A DNA stretch of 64,000 nt, taken from assembly GCA_965208575.1 (NCBI GenBank), contig CBDBOV010000003.1:448001-512000 (forward strand), in the 5' to 3' direction. Source of the stretch: Spirochaetia bacterium. Lineage in GTDB: Bacteria > Spirochaetota > Spirochaetia > SZUA-6 > Bin103. This document shows, in pieces, positions 1-9,136 of this stretch; the stretch's first letter is position 1; each line of letters starts with the position of its first letter. Under the pieces are notes generated by a model that saw only the letters and a list, made by a program, of their open reading frames with translations, was not told the origin of the DNA and did not search any database. Both the position numbers and the translations under genes were made by a program.

Positions 1-241
1 CCCGTACATGGACTTTCACGTGCCGGAGGTGGTGGAGAGCAATCGCGTGCTCTTGGTGCGCAACCCCTACTACCACCACGTCGACACGGCCAACAACCAG
101 CTCCCCTACGCGGACCGGCTGGAGATTACCCACGTTGGCGACAAGCAGCTCTACGACCTGAAGGCATCGGCCGGCGAGGCGGACTTCGTGGCCTATTACA
201 CCGGCGCTCCGAGCCTGCCCGTGGTTACCACCAACGGCTAG
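1..241 (+). pseudogene. Truncated family-5 ABC substrate-binding protein (paralog of 1586-3500), continuing from beyond the window edge
   Basis: Translation PEVVESNRVLLVRNPYYHHVDTANNQLPY...YYTGAPSLP matches the middle of the SBP at ~2350-2562, then diverges and stops at 241. Confidence 0.75.
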
Positions 242-249
242 TCGCCTAC

Positions 250-283
250 GGCGACATCCGATGCTCCCTCGGAGGCTGCTACC
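250..283 (+). repeat. Dispersed hairpin element, copy A
   Basis: GGCGACatccgatgctCCCTCGGaggCTGCTAC resembles 51110-51143 (reverse) and 61072-61100. Confidence 0.45.
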
Positions 284-451
284 GAATGACCCGCCGCTAC
301 CGATAGGACTACTTTCTGTCGCCGGGAGCGCCGTGTGGTGCACCCCGGGCGGGTTGATCGTCGAATCAGGGCGCTTGGCACCGAACGGACAGCATCATGC
401 TCTGCCTGCGCGACGTCAGGTGCACCACTTTCTGCGCCGCCACGTCGCCGA

Positions 452-780
452 TACGGCATGGGCGTTGCGCTGGGCGACTACGACCGCGACGGCTTCACCG
501 ACTTCTATGTCACCAACATCGACGACGCGGGTGCGGCTCAGGAACAACGGCGACGGCACCTTCAGCGCCCGCGCCTGCGCCCGCGCCGCCGGCGTGGGGC
601 GGGGCAGGATCGGCGTCCACGAGGGCAACTCGGTCGGCTGGGCACGGCGTTCCTCGACTACGACAACGACGCCGACCAGGACCTGTACCTGGCCGCCGGC
701 TACCTCGACACCGACCAGGACACCAACCCGGTACAACAGCCGAGCGCCCTGTTCCGCAACGAGGGCGACGGCTCTACACT
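452..780 (+). pseudogene. Frameshifted fragment of an FG-GAP / CRTAC1 (ASPIC-UnbV-like) repeat protein
   Basis: Motifs GMGVALGDYDRDGFTDFYVTN, LRNNGDGTF and FLDYDNDADQDLY...LFRNEGDG are split across frames. Confidence 0.75.
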
Positions 781-784
781 CGTG

Positions 785-1123
785 TCACGCCGAATCAAGT
801 GCTTCGACGGTGAGACGTCCCGTTCGCTCTGAATGAGACTCGCGGATTACGATATCCACGTCGCGCCCGAGCGCCATCAGGAGTCGCAGGAGCCGCTCCA
901 TGGAGTACTCCCTGAAGCTCCCTCGCAGCAGGCGCGACACATCGGGTTGAGACAGACCGAGCAACTTCGCCGCCTCTACCTGCTTCAGGCCGCGCTGGCG
1001 AATGATCTTGTCGATCCGTGTTACCAGTTCGGCTTTGAGAAGGTGCGCATCGGCATCCGGGAGCCCCAGGTCGGCGAATACGTTCCCGCTGCCACGTTCG
1101 ATCTTCACGTTGTCGGTCGCCAT
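785..1123 (-). CDS. XRE-family HTH antitoxin (HigA-like)
   Basis: GSGNVFADLGLPDA N-terminus and HTH LKQVEAAKLLGLSQPDVSRLLRG; ATG at 1123. Confidence 0.9.
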   Translation of the reverse strand: MATDNVKIERGSGNVFADLGLPDADAHLLKAELVTRIDKIIRQRGLKQVEAAKLLGLSQPDVSRLLRGSFREYSMERLLRLLMALGRDVDIVIRESHSERTGRLTVEALDSA

Positions 1124-1127
1124 CGAT

Positions 1128-1297
1128 CTACCCTCCGCCGCCGAAGGCCCGCAGCGACTTGACGTCCCCGTGCCTGAGCCGATCTGGGCCTGATAGAGCG
1201 CGTAGCCGACCACGCCCCGCACGGCGTCCGGAAAGCTCCTGAGATCTGTCCTGGTGGAGCCGATCCACTCGACGGGTCTGGGTGCGTCGGCGACCAC
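1128..1297 (-). pseudogene. Truncated and frameshifted RelE/HigB-like toxin
   Basis: RPVEWIGSTRTDLRSFPDAVRGVVGYALYQAQIG then, in another frame, HGDVKSLRAFGGGG-stop; C-terminal half missing; upstream of the antitoxin. Confidence 0.8.
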
Positions 1298-1302
1298 GCC
1301 AA

Positions 1303-1308
1303 ATTATA
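1303..1308 (-). promoter_or_regulatory. -10 box (TATAAT) 5 nt before the toxin GTG, leaderless-type promoter
   Basis: Perfect consensus hexamer in a very GC-rich background. Confidence 0.6.
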
Positions 1309-1585
1309 GTGATTCCGCCATGTACGCGCAATCCGTTTCTTGCAGCACGAAGTAGCGGTCTCCTCCGCCAGGGGGCTGGTGGCAGCTTCGACTTCACGCC
1401 ACACGTGTCGAACGGCGGCCTGATGCCGCAGTCGACCGCTCTTGCGTGCCGAATGCGCCCGGATGGTCGGCGGGGACGGCGGTTGTTGTTCGCTTGCCGA
1501 GCGTGCGGGGTTGGGGGTAGGCTGCCCCGGCAAATCGACGGGCGGGCCGCGGGGCGGGCCGCTCACGCACAAGAAAGGAGTAGTT

Positions 1586-3500
1586 ATGAGAGTTACCGCG
1601 ATGCGGACAGTGGGTGCCGTGCTGGCGCTGTTGGGGCTGGCCGGGGGCGCCGCCTGGGCGCAGATGTACAACGAGGCGCCGATGCTGGCGGCGATGGTCA
1701 GGGCAGGGGAGTTGCCGCCGGTGGACGAGCGGCTGCCGGCCAATCCGCTGGTGGTGGAGCCGTTCGACTCGATCGGCACCTACGGCGGCACCCTGCGCAT
1801 GATGGACGTGTCGGACCGCATGTCGATCGGCCTGCGCGTGCGCCACACCGGCCTGTTCCGCTACAACCAGACCGCCAGCGCCTTCGAGCCCGACCTGGCC
1901 GAGAGCCACGCCTGGTCGAACAACAACCGCACCCTCACCCTGAAGCTGCGCGAGGGGCTGCGCTGGTCGGATGGCGAGCCGTTCACGACGGCCGACATGC
2001 TGTTCAAGTGGGAGCAGGACATGCTCAACGAGGATCTCACCTCCAGCCTCGATCCGTTCTACACGCTCGGCGGCGAGCGCGCGGTCTGGGAGGCGATTGA
2101 CGATTCCACGCTGAGCATCACCTGGGCCGCTCCCAACCCGGTGGCCATGGACCGCTACGGGCGCACCCACTTTTCCGGCGACAACGTGCTGTTCCTGCCG
2201 GCGCACTACATGGAGCAGTTTCACGCCGGCTTCAACGACGACGCCGCGGCGCTGGCCGCCGAGAAGGGGTACGAGGACTGGCAGCAGATGTTCCGGGCGC
2301 ACGGCACCCAGGGCTACACCCAGTCGGCGGTGATCATCGGCCGCCCCTACCTGGACATGCACACGCCGGAGGTGGTGGAGAGCGACCGCGTGCAACTGGT
2401 GCGCAACCCCTACTACCACCACGTCGACACGGCCAACAACCAGCTTCCCTACATCGACCGGTTCGAGGTGAGGCACGTCGGGGACCTGGACCTGTACGAC
2501 CTGAAGGCGTCGGCGGGCGAGGTCGACTTCGCCGCCTACTACACCTCGGCACCGAGCCTGCCCACCTACCGCGCCGGCGAGCAGCAGGGCGACTACCAGA
2601 CGATCATCGCGCAGTCGCTGCGCACCGCCGAGCTGGTGCTGTTCCTGAACCAGAACATCGAGGATCCGGTGCTGAACGAGCTGTTCGGCAACCTGGACTT
2701 CCGCGTCGGCCTGTCGGTGGCCCTGAACCGCCCGCAGATGAACGACATCGTGTTCTTCGGGCATGGGCGACGCGCATCCGGCGACGCCGCTGAACACCAT
2801 GGAGTTCTTCGATCACGCCTGGTACAACGACAACCTGTCCTACGATCCGGAGCGCGCCAACCGGCTGCTCGACTCGGTGGGCCTGACCGCCCGCGACGGC
2901 GACGGCTTCCGCCTGCGCCCCGACGACGGCAGCCGGCTCAGCCTGGTGATCGAGATCGGCGTGCTGGAGGGTCCGAAGCAGGCGATCTGCGAGCTGATCG
3001 CCAACGACTGGCGGCAGGTGGGCGTCGACGGCGCCTGCAAGGTGATCGACGGTGCGCTGCTCAGGGAACGGCTGGACACCAACCAGACGGCGATCTCGAC
3101 CTGGCACCTGGGGCGCACCACGCTGCTCGGCCGCGGCACACCCGACCAGTTCGCGTTCGAACGCTGCGCCGCCAATAACTGGGGGCGGCAGTGGTGCTTC
3201 TGGTTCGTGTCCGGCGGCGACGCCGGCATCGAGCCGCCCGACCACATCAAGGCGCTCAACGAGCGCTGGCAGTCGTTCAAGCAGGCCGCCACCGGCACGC
3301 CGGAAGCGGTCGAGCTCGGCAAGGACTACTTCGTGTTCTTCGCCGACGAGCTGCCGATGATCCCGACCATCGGCCTGGCGCCGCACCCGGTGGTGATCCA
3401 CAACCGCCTGCGGAACGTTCCCAAGGACAACATCTTCTGGGGCTCGGACACCAACTTCTACGCCCCGTACAAGCCGGAACAGTGGTATATCGCCGAGTAG
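1586..3500 (+). CDS. ABC transporter substrate-binding protein, family 5 (DppA/OppA-like); one apparent frameshift at ~2760
   Basis: RBS AAGAAAGGAG, signal peptide, EAPMLAAMV...LPPVDERLP, LRWSDGEPFT; ORFs 1442..3178 and 2763..3500 join if one G is removed from ttcgggcatg. Confidence 0.9.
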
Positions 3501-3509
3501 CGCAATTCC

Positions 3510-3541
3510 ATGGCGTGATCCCGCACCGCGGGAGGCGCCAT
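3510..3541 (+). terminator. Stem-loop after the SBP gene (terminator or mRNA stabiliser)
   Basis: atggcg..tcccgc-ac-cgcggga.gcgccat imperfect inverted repeat. Confidence 0.45.
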
Positions 3542-3611
3542 TTGCCGCACTGACATCCGGGGAGAGTGGGCGGCGGCCGTGCCGTTCATTCTCCCCTTTC
3601 TCGTCACGCAC

Positions 3612-4607
3612 ATGAACTACACCTCGTATCTGCTGCGCCGCCTGCTCTACATGGTGGTGACGCTTGCCGTCATCAGCGTGCTGATCTACATCGTGATCCA
3701 GTTGCCGCCGGGCGACGCCGTGGACACCATCGTCGCGCAACGGGAGTCGGAGGGCGACGTGATCACCGAGGCCGAGGAGCTGGAATTGCGCCGCCAGTAC
3801 GGCCTCGACCGCCCGCTGGTGGTGCAGTACGCCGATTGGGTGGTCGAGTTCCTGTCCGGCGAGATGGGGCGCTCGATCCGCGGCGTGCCGGTGAACGACC
3901 TGATCGCCGAACGGCTCGGCGGCACCATCATGCTGTCGCTGATCAGCATCCTGTTCACCTACCTGGTGGCAATCCCGATCGGCATCTACAGCGCCACCCA
4001 CCAGTACAGCCTGGCCGACTACGGCCTCACCACCCTGGGCTTCATCGGCCTGGCGACGCCCAACTTCCTGCTCGGGCTGATCCTGCTGTACGTGTTCTAC
4101 AAGTTCTTCGGACTCAGCATCGGCGGCTTCTATACGCCCGGCATGGAGGAGCAGCCGTGGAGCATGGCCAAGCTGTTCGACCTGATCGGCCACCTGTGGA
4201 TACCGGTGATCGTGATCGGCACCGCCGCCACCGCCGGCACCATCCGGGTGATGCGCGGCACGCTGCTGGACGAGCTGGGCAAGCAGTACGTGATCACGGC
4301 GCGCGCCAAGGGGCTCGCGGAACCGCGCGTGATCTTCAAGTACCCGGTGCGGCTGGCGCTGAACCCGATGGTCAGCGGGGTGGGCAACGTCCTGCCGGAG
4401 CTGATCAGCGGCGAGACCATCGTGGCCATCGTGCTCGGCCTGCCGACGCTCGGTCCGCTGATGTACGCCGCCGTACGCACCCAGGACATCAACCTGTCTG
4501 GCAGCGTGCTGCTGGTGATCAGCGCGCTGGCCGTGATCGGGGTGCTGATCTCGGACATCCTGCTGGTGGTCGTGGACCCGCGCATCTCCTACGAGCGCAA
4601 GGGCTGA
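3612..4607 (+). CDS. ABC permease (DppB/OppB-like)
   Basis: YLLRRLL, LPPGD, EAA-like YVITARAKGL, C-terminal DPRI. Confidence 0.93.
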   Translation: MNYTSYLLRRLLYMVVTLAVISVLIYIVIQLPPGDAVDTIVAQRESEGDVITEAEELELRRQYGLDRPLVVQYADWVVEFLSGEMGRSIRGVPVNDLIAERLGGTIMLSLISILFTYLVAIPIGIYSATHQYSLADYGLTTLGFIGLATPNFLLGLILLYVFYKFFGLSIGGFYTPGMEEQPWSMAKLFDLIGHLWIPVIVIGTAATAGTIRVMRGTLLDELGKQYVITARAKGLAEPRVIFKYPVRLALNPMVSGVGNVLPELISGETIVAIVLGLPTLGPLMYAAVRTQDINLSGSVLLVISALAVIGVLISDILLVVVDPRISYERKG

Positions 4608-4608
4608 C

Positions 4609-5760
4609 ATGGCGACCGACCGCGCCCCTGCCGTGAACCGCGCCGAAGCGCAAACCACCAGTGCGGAGGAGCGCTACTACATCGCCTCGCAGCGGCAGTT
4701 GATGTGGCGCAAGTTCCGCAAGCACCGCATGGCGGTGATCGCCGGCGCCATCCTGCTGCTCGCCTACCTGGTGGCCTTCACCTATGAGTTCTGCGCCCCC
4801 TACGGTTCGCTGACCCAGCATGAAGGCTACGTGCACGCGCCGCCGACGCGCATCCGCCTGATCGATGCCGACGGGCGCCTGCGCGGGCCGTTCGTGTACG
4901 GCCTCACCGGGCAGGTGAACCTGGAGACCTTTCAGCGCGAGTTCGTGGAGGACCAGGCGGTGATCCATCCGCTGCGTTTCCTGGCCCGTGGCGAGCCGTA
5001 CCGCTTCTGGGGTTCGCTCGACGGCGACCTGCACCTGTTCGACGCCGGCGACGGGCGGGTGTTCCTCCTGGGCACCGACGAACTCGGCCGCGACCTGTTC
5101 TCACGCATCCTGGCCGGCAGCCGGGTGAGCCTGACCATCGGCCTGGTGGGGGTGATGATCAGCTTCGTGCTCGGCTGCCTGCTCGGCGGCATCTCCGGCT
5201 ACTTCGGCGGCCTGCCCGACCTGCTCATCCAGCGCCTGATCGAGATCTTCAACTCGATTCCGGGCATCCCGCTGTGGATGGCGTTGAGCGCCGTGATCCC
5301 GGTGAACTGGCCGGTGCTGCGCACCTACTTCACCATCACCCTGATCCTGTCGGTGCTCGGCTGGACCGGGGTGGCGCGCGTGGTGCGCGGCAAGCTGTTG
5401 GAACTGCGCGAGTACGACTACGTGACCGCCGCCCGGCTGGCCGGCACGCGCGCCGGCACCATCATCGCCACCCACCTCCTGCCCGGCTTCCTGAGCTACC
5501 TGATCGTGCGCCTCACCCTGGCGATCCCCGGCATGATCCTGGGCGAGACGGCGCTCAGCTTCCTGGGGCTCGGCATCCAGCCGCCGGCGGTGAGCTGGGG
5601 AACGCTGCTGCGCGGGGCGCAGAACGTGACCAGCATCGCCATCTATCCGTGGCTGCTGACCCCGGCGCTGTTCGTGATCGTGGCGGTACTGCTGTACAAC
5701 TTCGTCGGCGACGGGCTGCGCGATGCCGCCGACCCCTATGCCATGAGCGGCCGCGGCTAG
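4609..5760 (+). CDS. ABC permease (DppC/OppC-like)
   Basis: WRKFRKHR, LGTDELGRDLFSR, ETALSFLGLG, GDGLRDAADP. Confidence 0.93.
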   Translation: MATDRAPAVNRAEAQTTSAEERYYIASQRQLMWRKFRKHRMAVIAGAILLLAYLVAFTYEFCAPYGSLTQHEGYVHAPPTRIRLIDADGRLRGPFVYGLTGQVNLETFQREFVEDQAVIHPLRFLARGEPYRFWGSLDGDLHLFDAGDGRVFLLGTDELGRDLFSRILAGSRVSLTIGLVGVMISFVLGCLLGGISGYFGGLPDLLIQRLIEIFNSIPGIPLWMALSAVIPVNWPVLRTYFTITLILSVLGWTGVARVVRGKLLELREYDYVTAARLAGTRAGTIIATHLLPGFLSYLIVRLTLAIPGMILGETALSFLGLGIQPPAVSWGTLLRGAQNVTSIAIYPWLLTPALFVIVAVLLYNFVGDGLRDAADPYAMSGRG

Positions 5761-5779
5761 TGGACGGTAGCCGGCGCGC

Positions 5780-5869
5780 GTGCGCCACCAGATGCTGGCG
5801 CGCATGATCCGCCTGACCCACTACAGCCACCTGAAGGAGCGCATCAACTTCCAGCAGGTGCGGGTGTGA
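5780..5869 (+). pseudogene. Orphan 3' end of a deleted gene (VRHQMLARMIRLTHYSHLKERINFQQVRV-stop)
   Basis: Host-like codon usage; its TGA overlaps the next GTG (GTGA coupling); no corresponding 5' body. Confidence 0.45.
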
Positions 5870-5985
5870 GCCGGCCGCGGAGCGCGCCCAACGTCGTGCT
5901 CATCCTGACCGACGACCAAGGCTACGGCGACCTGGAGCGGTGGTTCGACGCCGTGGAGGCGGATCGCCGGCGCATCGCGTGGTGA
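5866..5985 (+). pseudogene. Sulfatase relic: N-terminus fused in frame to a C-terminal-like helix (39 aa)
   Basis: PNVVLILTDDQGYGDL (canonical sulfatase start) directly followed by ERWFDAVEADRRRIAW-stop. Confidence 0.75.
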
Positions 5986-6169
5986 GCCACCGCCTGCCGG
6001 CGGGGCGGGTGGGGTTCATTCGGCGCCGGCGGGATCGGCAGTCACGGGCGTGGCCCGATCATAGCGCGCCGCCGGCGCTCGGGCGAGCACGCCAGGGGCA
6101 GCCTTGCCGTCGCCGGTTGACCGCCACTATGCTGCGCGTGAACGCCATGGGCGGAAAAGGAGGACGGAG

Positions 6170-7231
6170 ATGCAGCGACCGGTTCGCTTGGGGCTGATCG
6201 GCTGCGGCGGCATCGTGCGGATCGCACACGCGCCGGGTTATCAGTCGATCCCCGAACTGGTGCAGGTCACCGCGCTGGCCGATCCGGTCGGCGACAACCT
6301 GCAGCAGGTGGGGCAGATGCTGGCCGTGCCGCCGGAGCGGCGCTACGCCGACCATCGGCAGATGCTGGAGCACGCCGAGTTGGACGCGGTCACCATCGCC
6401 ACGCCGCACCACCTGCACGCCGCGCACGCGATGGACGCGGCGGCTGCGGGCGTGGCCGTGATCTCCGAGAAACCGATGGCCACCTCCGTGGATGAGGCGC
6501 AGCAGGTGCTGGCGGCGGTGGAGCGCCACGGCGTGCCCTACGCGGTGGTGCACAACTTCCTGTTCACCCCGGGCATGGAGCGGGCGCGGGCGCTGCTGGC
6601 CGCGGGCGCCGGCGTGGGGACACCCTTCTTCGGCCGCGCCAAGTCGCTGTTCAACAAGACCGACGATCGCGCCGACCCGCACAACGAATGGCGCGCCTCG
6701 CGCGCGGCCGGGGGCGGCGCCATCAACGACACCGCCTACCACGAGATCTACCTGCTGGAGACGCTGGTCGGCTCGCCGGTGCGCTACGTGGAGGCGCGCG
6801 TGGCCACTCAGCACTTCGCCTTCGACGTGGACGACCTGGCGCTGCTGCTGCTGGAGCACGAGGGGGGCGCCCTGTCCACGGTGGCCACCTCCTGGTGCGT
6901 CCCCGGCGGCGACGCCGGCGAGAGCGCCAACCTGGCCGAGGCGCAGGGCCCGGCGGGCGGGGTGCGCGTGATGCGCCGCGGCCGCGGACTGTGGCAGTAT
7001 GCGCGCGATACCCGGCAGTGGTGGGAGGTGGCGCTGCCGCCGCAGCCGGCGTGGGCGGAAAGCGGCCATGGGCGCTACTTCGCCGCCACCTTCGAGGCCC
7101 TGGCCGCGGGCGCGCCGCCCCCGATCGGCGGCGAGCTGGCCTTGCACAACCTGCGCATCGTCGCCGCTGCCCGCCGCGCCAGCGCCGAACGCCGCGCCGT
7201 CGAGCTGCCGCCGCCGGACGCCGCCGGCTAA
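6170..7231 (+). CDS. Gfo/Idh/MocA family oxidoreductase (copy 1)
   Basis: GLIGCGGI Rossmann motif, ATPHHLH, EKPMA, GGGAINDTAYHEI; RBS AGGAGG. Confidence 0.93.
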   Translation: MQRPVRLGLIGCGGIVRIAHAPGYQSIPELVQVTALADPVGDNLQQVGQMLAVPPERRYADHRQMLEHAELDAVTIATPHHLHAAHAMDAAAAGVAVISEKPMATSVDEAQQVLAAVERHGVPYAVVHNFLFTPGMERARALLAAGAGVGTPFFGRAKSLFNKTDDRADPHNEWRASRAAGGGAINDTAYHEIYLLETLVGSPVRYVEARVATQHFAFDVDDLALLLLEHEGGALSTVATSWCVPGGDAGESANLAEAQGPAGGVRVMRRGRGLWQYARDTRQWWEVALPPQPAWAESGHGRYFAATFEALAAGAPPPIGGELALHNLRIVAAARRASAERRAVELPPPDAAG

Positions 7232-7292
7232 GCGGAACACCCGGCACGCGACCCCCGAGCAACCGAGCAACCGAGCTTCAAGGAGGAGCACC

Positions 7293-8132
7293 ATGAGACC
7301 CTGGATTGACTGTCACAACCACGTCGGGCGCACCCTGAACCGGCTGCCGCCCACCGGCCAGAGCACCGCCATGGCGCTGGCCCGATTCGCCGAGACGAAT
7401 GTCTACGCCAGCCTTTCGATGCCGACCGCCACCGGCGGCCTGATGCTGCGCGGGCTGGAGGATATCCGCGACCAGAACCGGGTGATCGCCCGCGCCGGCC
7501 GCGACTTTCCCGCGCACACGCCGCTGGGACTGGCGCTGGTGGAGCCGTGCCTGGGGCGCGTCGCCGTCGACGAGGCGGAGTGGGCGATGAGCGAGCTGGG
7601 CCTGCACGGCATCGTCTCCCACCCGCCGGTGCGCGAGGCGTGCATCCCGTTCGTGGAGATGGCCGCGGCACGCGGCGGGCTGTGCAACGTGCACATGCAC
7701 GACGCCCTGTTCGGCGAGATCGCGCGCATGTTCCCCGGCGCCACCTTCATCACCCATGCCAGCAGCCACGCCGCCGAGCACTTCGCGGGGCTGGACAACG
7801 TCTGGTTCGAGGTGGTGCAGTACCCGGACGGGCGCGGCAGCCGCTGGGACTTCGGCCGGCTGGCCGGCCAGGTGGGCCGCGAGCGGATAATGTTCGGCGC
7901 CGACCTGCCCTATTACGACTACCGCCTGCTGCAGCGGATCATCGAACAGGCGCCGGTCGACGACGACCTCAAGGACCGCATCGCCTACCGCAACATGCTG
8001 GAGCTGATCCGCCAGTACAACCCACAGTGGCGCATGCCCGACGCCCCGCCCGCGGCCCCTCGCGTGTATCGCGCCGAGGAGCTGTGGGCCGTGGACCCGG
8101 ACAAGCCCGACCGGCTGACCGTCTACGGCTGA
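7293..8132 (+). CDS. Amidohydrolase_2 family metallo-hydrolase (copy 1)
   Basis: IDCHNHVG metal motif, RIMFGADLPY, DRIAYRN; RBS AAGGAGGAG. Confidence 0.88.
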   Translation: MRPWIDCHNHVGRTLNRLPPTGQSTAMALARFAETNVYASLSMPTATGGLMLRGLEDIRDQNRVIARAGRDFPAHTPLGLALVEPCLGRVAVDEAEWAMSELGLHGIVSHPPVREACIPFVEMAAARGGLCNVHMHDALFGEIARMFPGATFITHASSHAAEHFAGLDNVWFEVVQYPDGRGSRWDFGRLAGQVGRERIMFGADLPYYDYRLLQRIIEQAPVDDDLKDRIAYRNMLELIRQYNPQWRMPDAPPAAPRVYRAEELWAVDPDKPDRLTVYG

Positions 8133-8154
8133 CCCGAGCGGCCCGCCGCGGCAC

Positions 8155-9058
8155 TCAGGCCGACCCTTTGAGAGCGGCGACTTCCTCGCGCAGCCGCACC
8201 AGCTCAGCTTGCTCAGCCTGGGCTCGGTTCCAGATCGCCCTGGTGCGCTCGTCGGGACCGTAGGCGCTCGGCGGCATCAGCATGGCGCGCTGCCGGTCCG
8301 AAAGGTCGCCATAGTGGTCAGCGTTGTAGTAGCAGGGGCTCCAGGCGACGGCGTGCGGCGTGTACTTGTAGAAGATCGTCCGCCGTTCGTTCGGTCCCCT
8401 CCACGGCACGGTTCCGTGGGCAAGGGCCTCGGTGAAGATGATGGCGTCGCCCGCGCCGACGGCCACGCGGTCCACGACCTCCGGGATTTCGTCCTGGGTG
8501 GCGCTGTTCTTCCAGTCTGGCGGCAGCTCGAAGTTGGCCTTGTGGCTGCCCGCGATGCAGGCGAAACCGCCATCGCCGGGCTGCACGGTGTTCAGTTCGT
8601 ACGCAACCGCGATCAGGCCGTTGTAAAACGTGCCGTTGTTGTAGCGGTAGTAGCACTGACCACCATCGGTGGGTCCTACAAGGGTGGTGTCCCCGCCGGC
8701 GCCCTGCCCGCCCCCGTGGAGATAGAGCGATCGGTGGTTCTCGGCATTGTTGACGTTGAGGTAGTCGTGATCGAGCCGGTAGCCCACGCCCAGGAGTTGT
8801 TCCAGATACGGCGCGATGGTGGGAAGGTCGATCAGGTCGATGTAGGGGCCGCCCCACTCGAGCAGCGAGGCCGACGACCAGGCCCGGTCGGCATGGTCCG
8901 GCAACCGGGTTCGGTCGGACCCGTAGTGACGCCTGGCGCCCTTGGGCCCGCACCCGGTCGAACTGCTCGGACAAGGCGGCGACCTGGTCGGCGGTCAGGG
9001 CGTTTCTGACGACAAGGTACCCGCGCAAGTCGAAGAAATACTTCTCATGATGGTTCAC
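8155..9058 (-). CDS. PhyH-family Fe(II)/2-oxoglutarate dioxygenase (copy 1), +1 frameshift at ~8945
   Basis: KYFFDLRGYLVV, LHGG, GSHKANF, AGDAIIFTEALAHG; one extra base relative to the intact copy 2. Confidence 0.85.
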
Positions 9059-9136
9059 AACCCAGACTGTACCGCCCGCTGAGCCAATGGCGCGAACAGG
9101 GTTGGATGGGCGCGTCCGAACCGGGCCACCTCCTCT

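Larger units (their letters stand above)
6166..9060. repeat. 2.9-kb direct repeat, copy 1
   Basis: Near-identical to 15068-17960 (offset 8900-8902). Confidence 0.97.

Noticed and set aside
785-1297. 170-aa toxin-antitoxin fusion as a genuine protein
   Set aside because: Better explained by frameshift plus deletion of the toxin; the antitoxin has its own ATG
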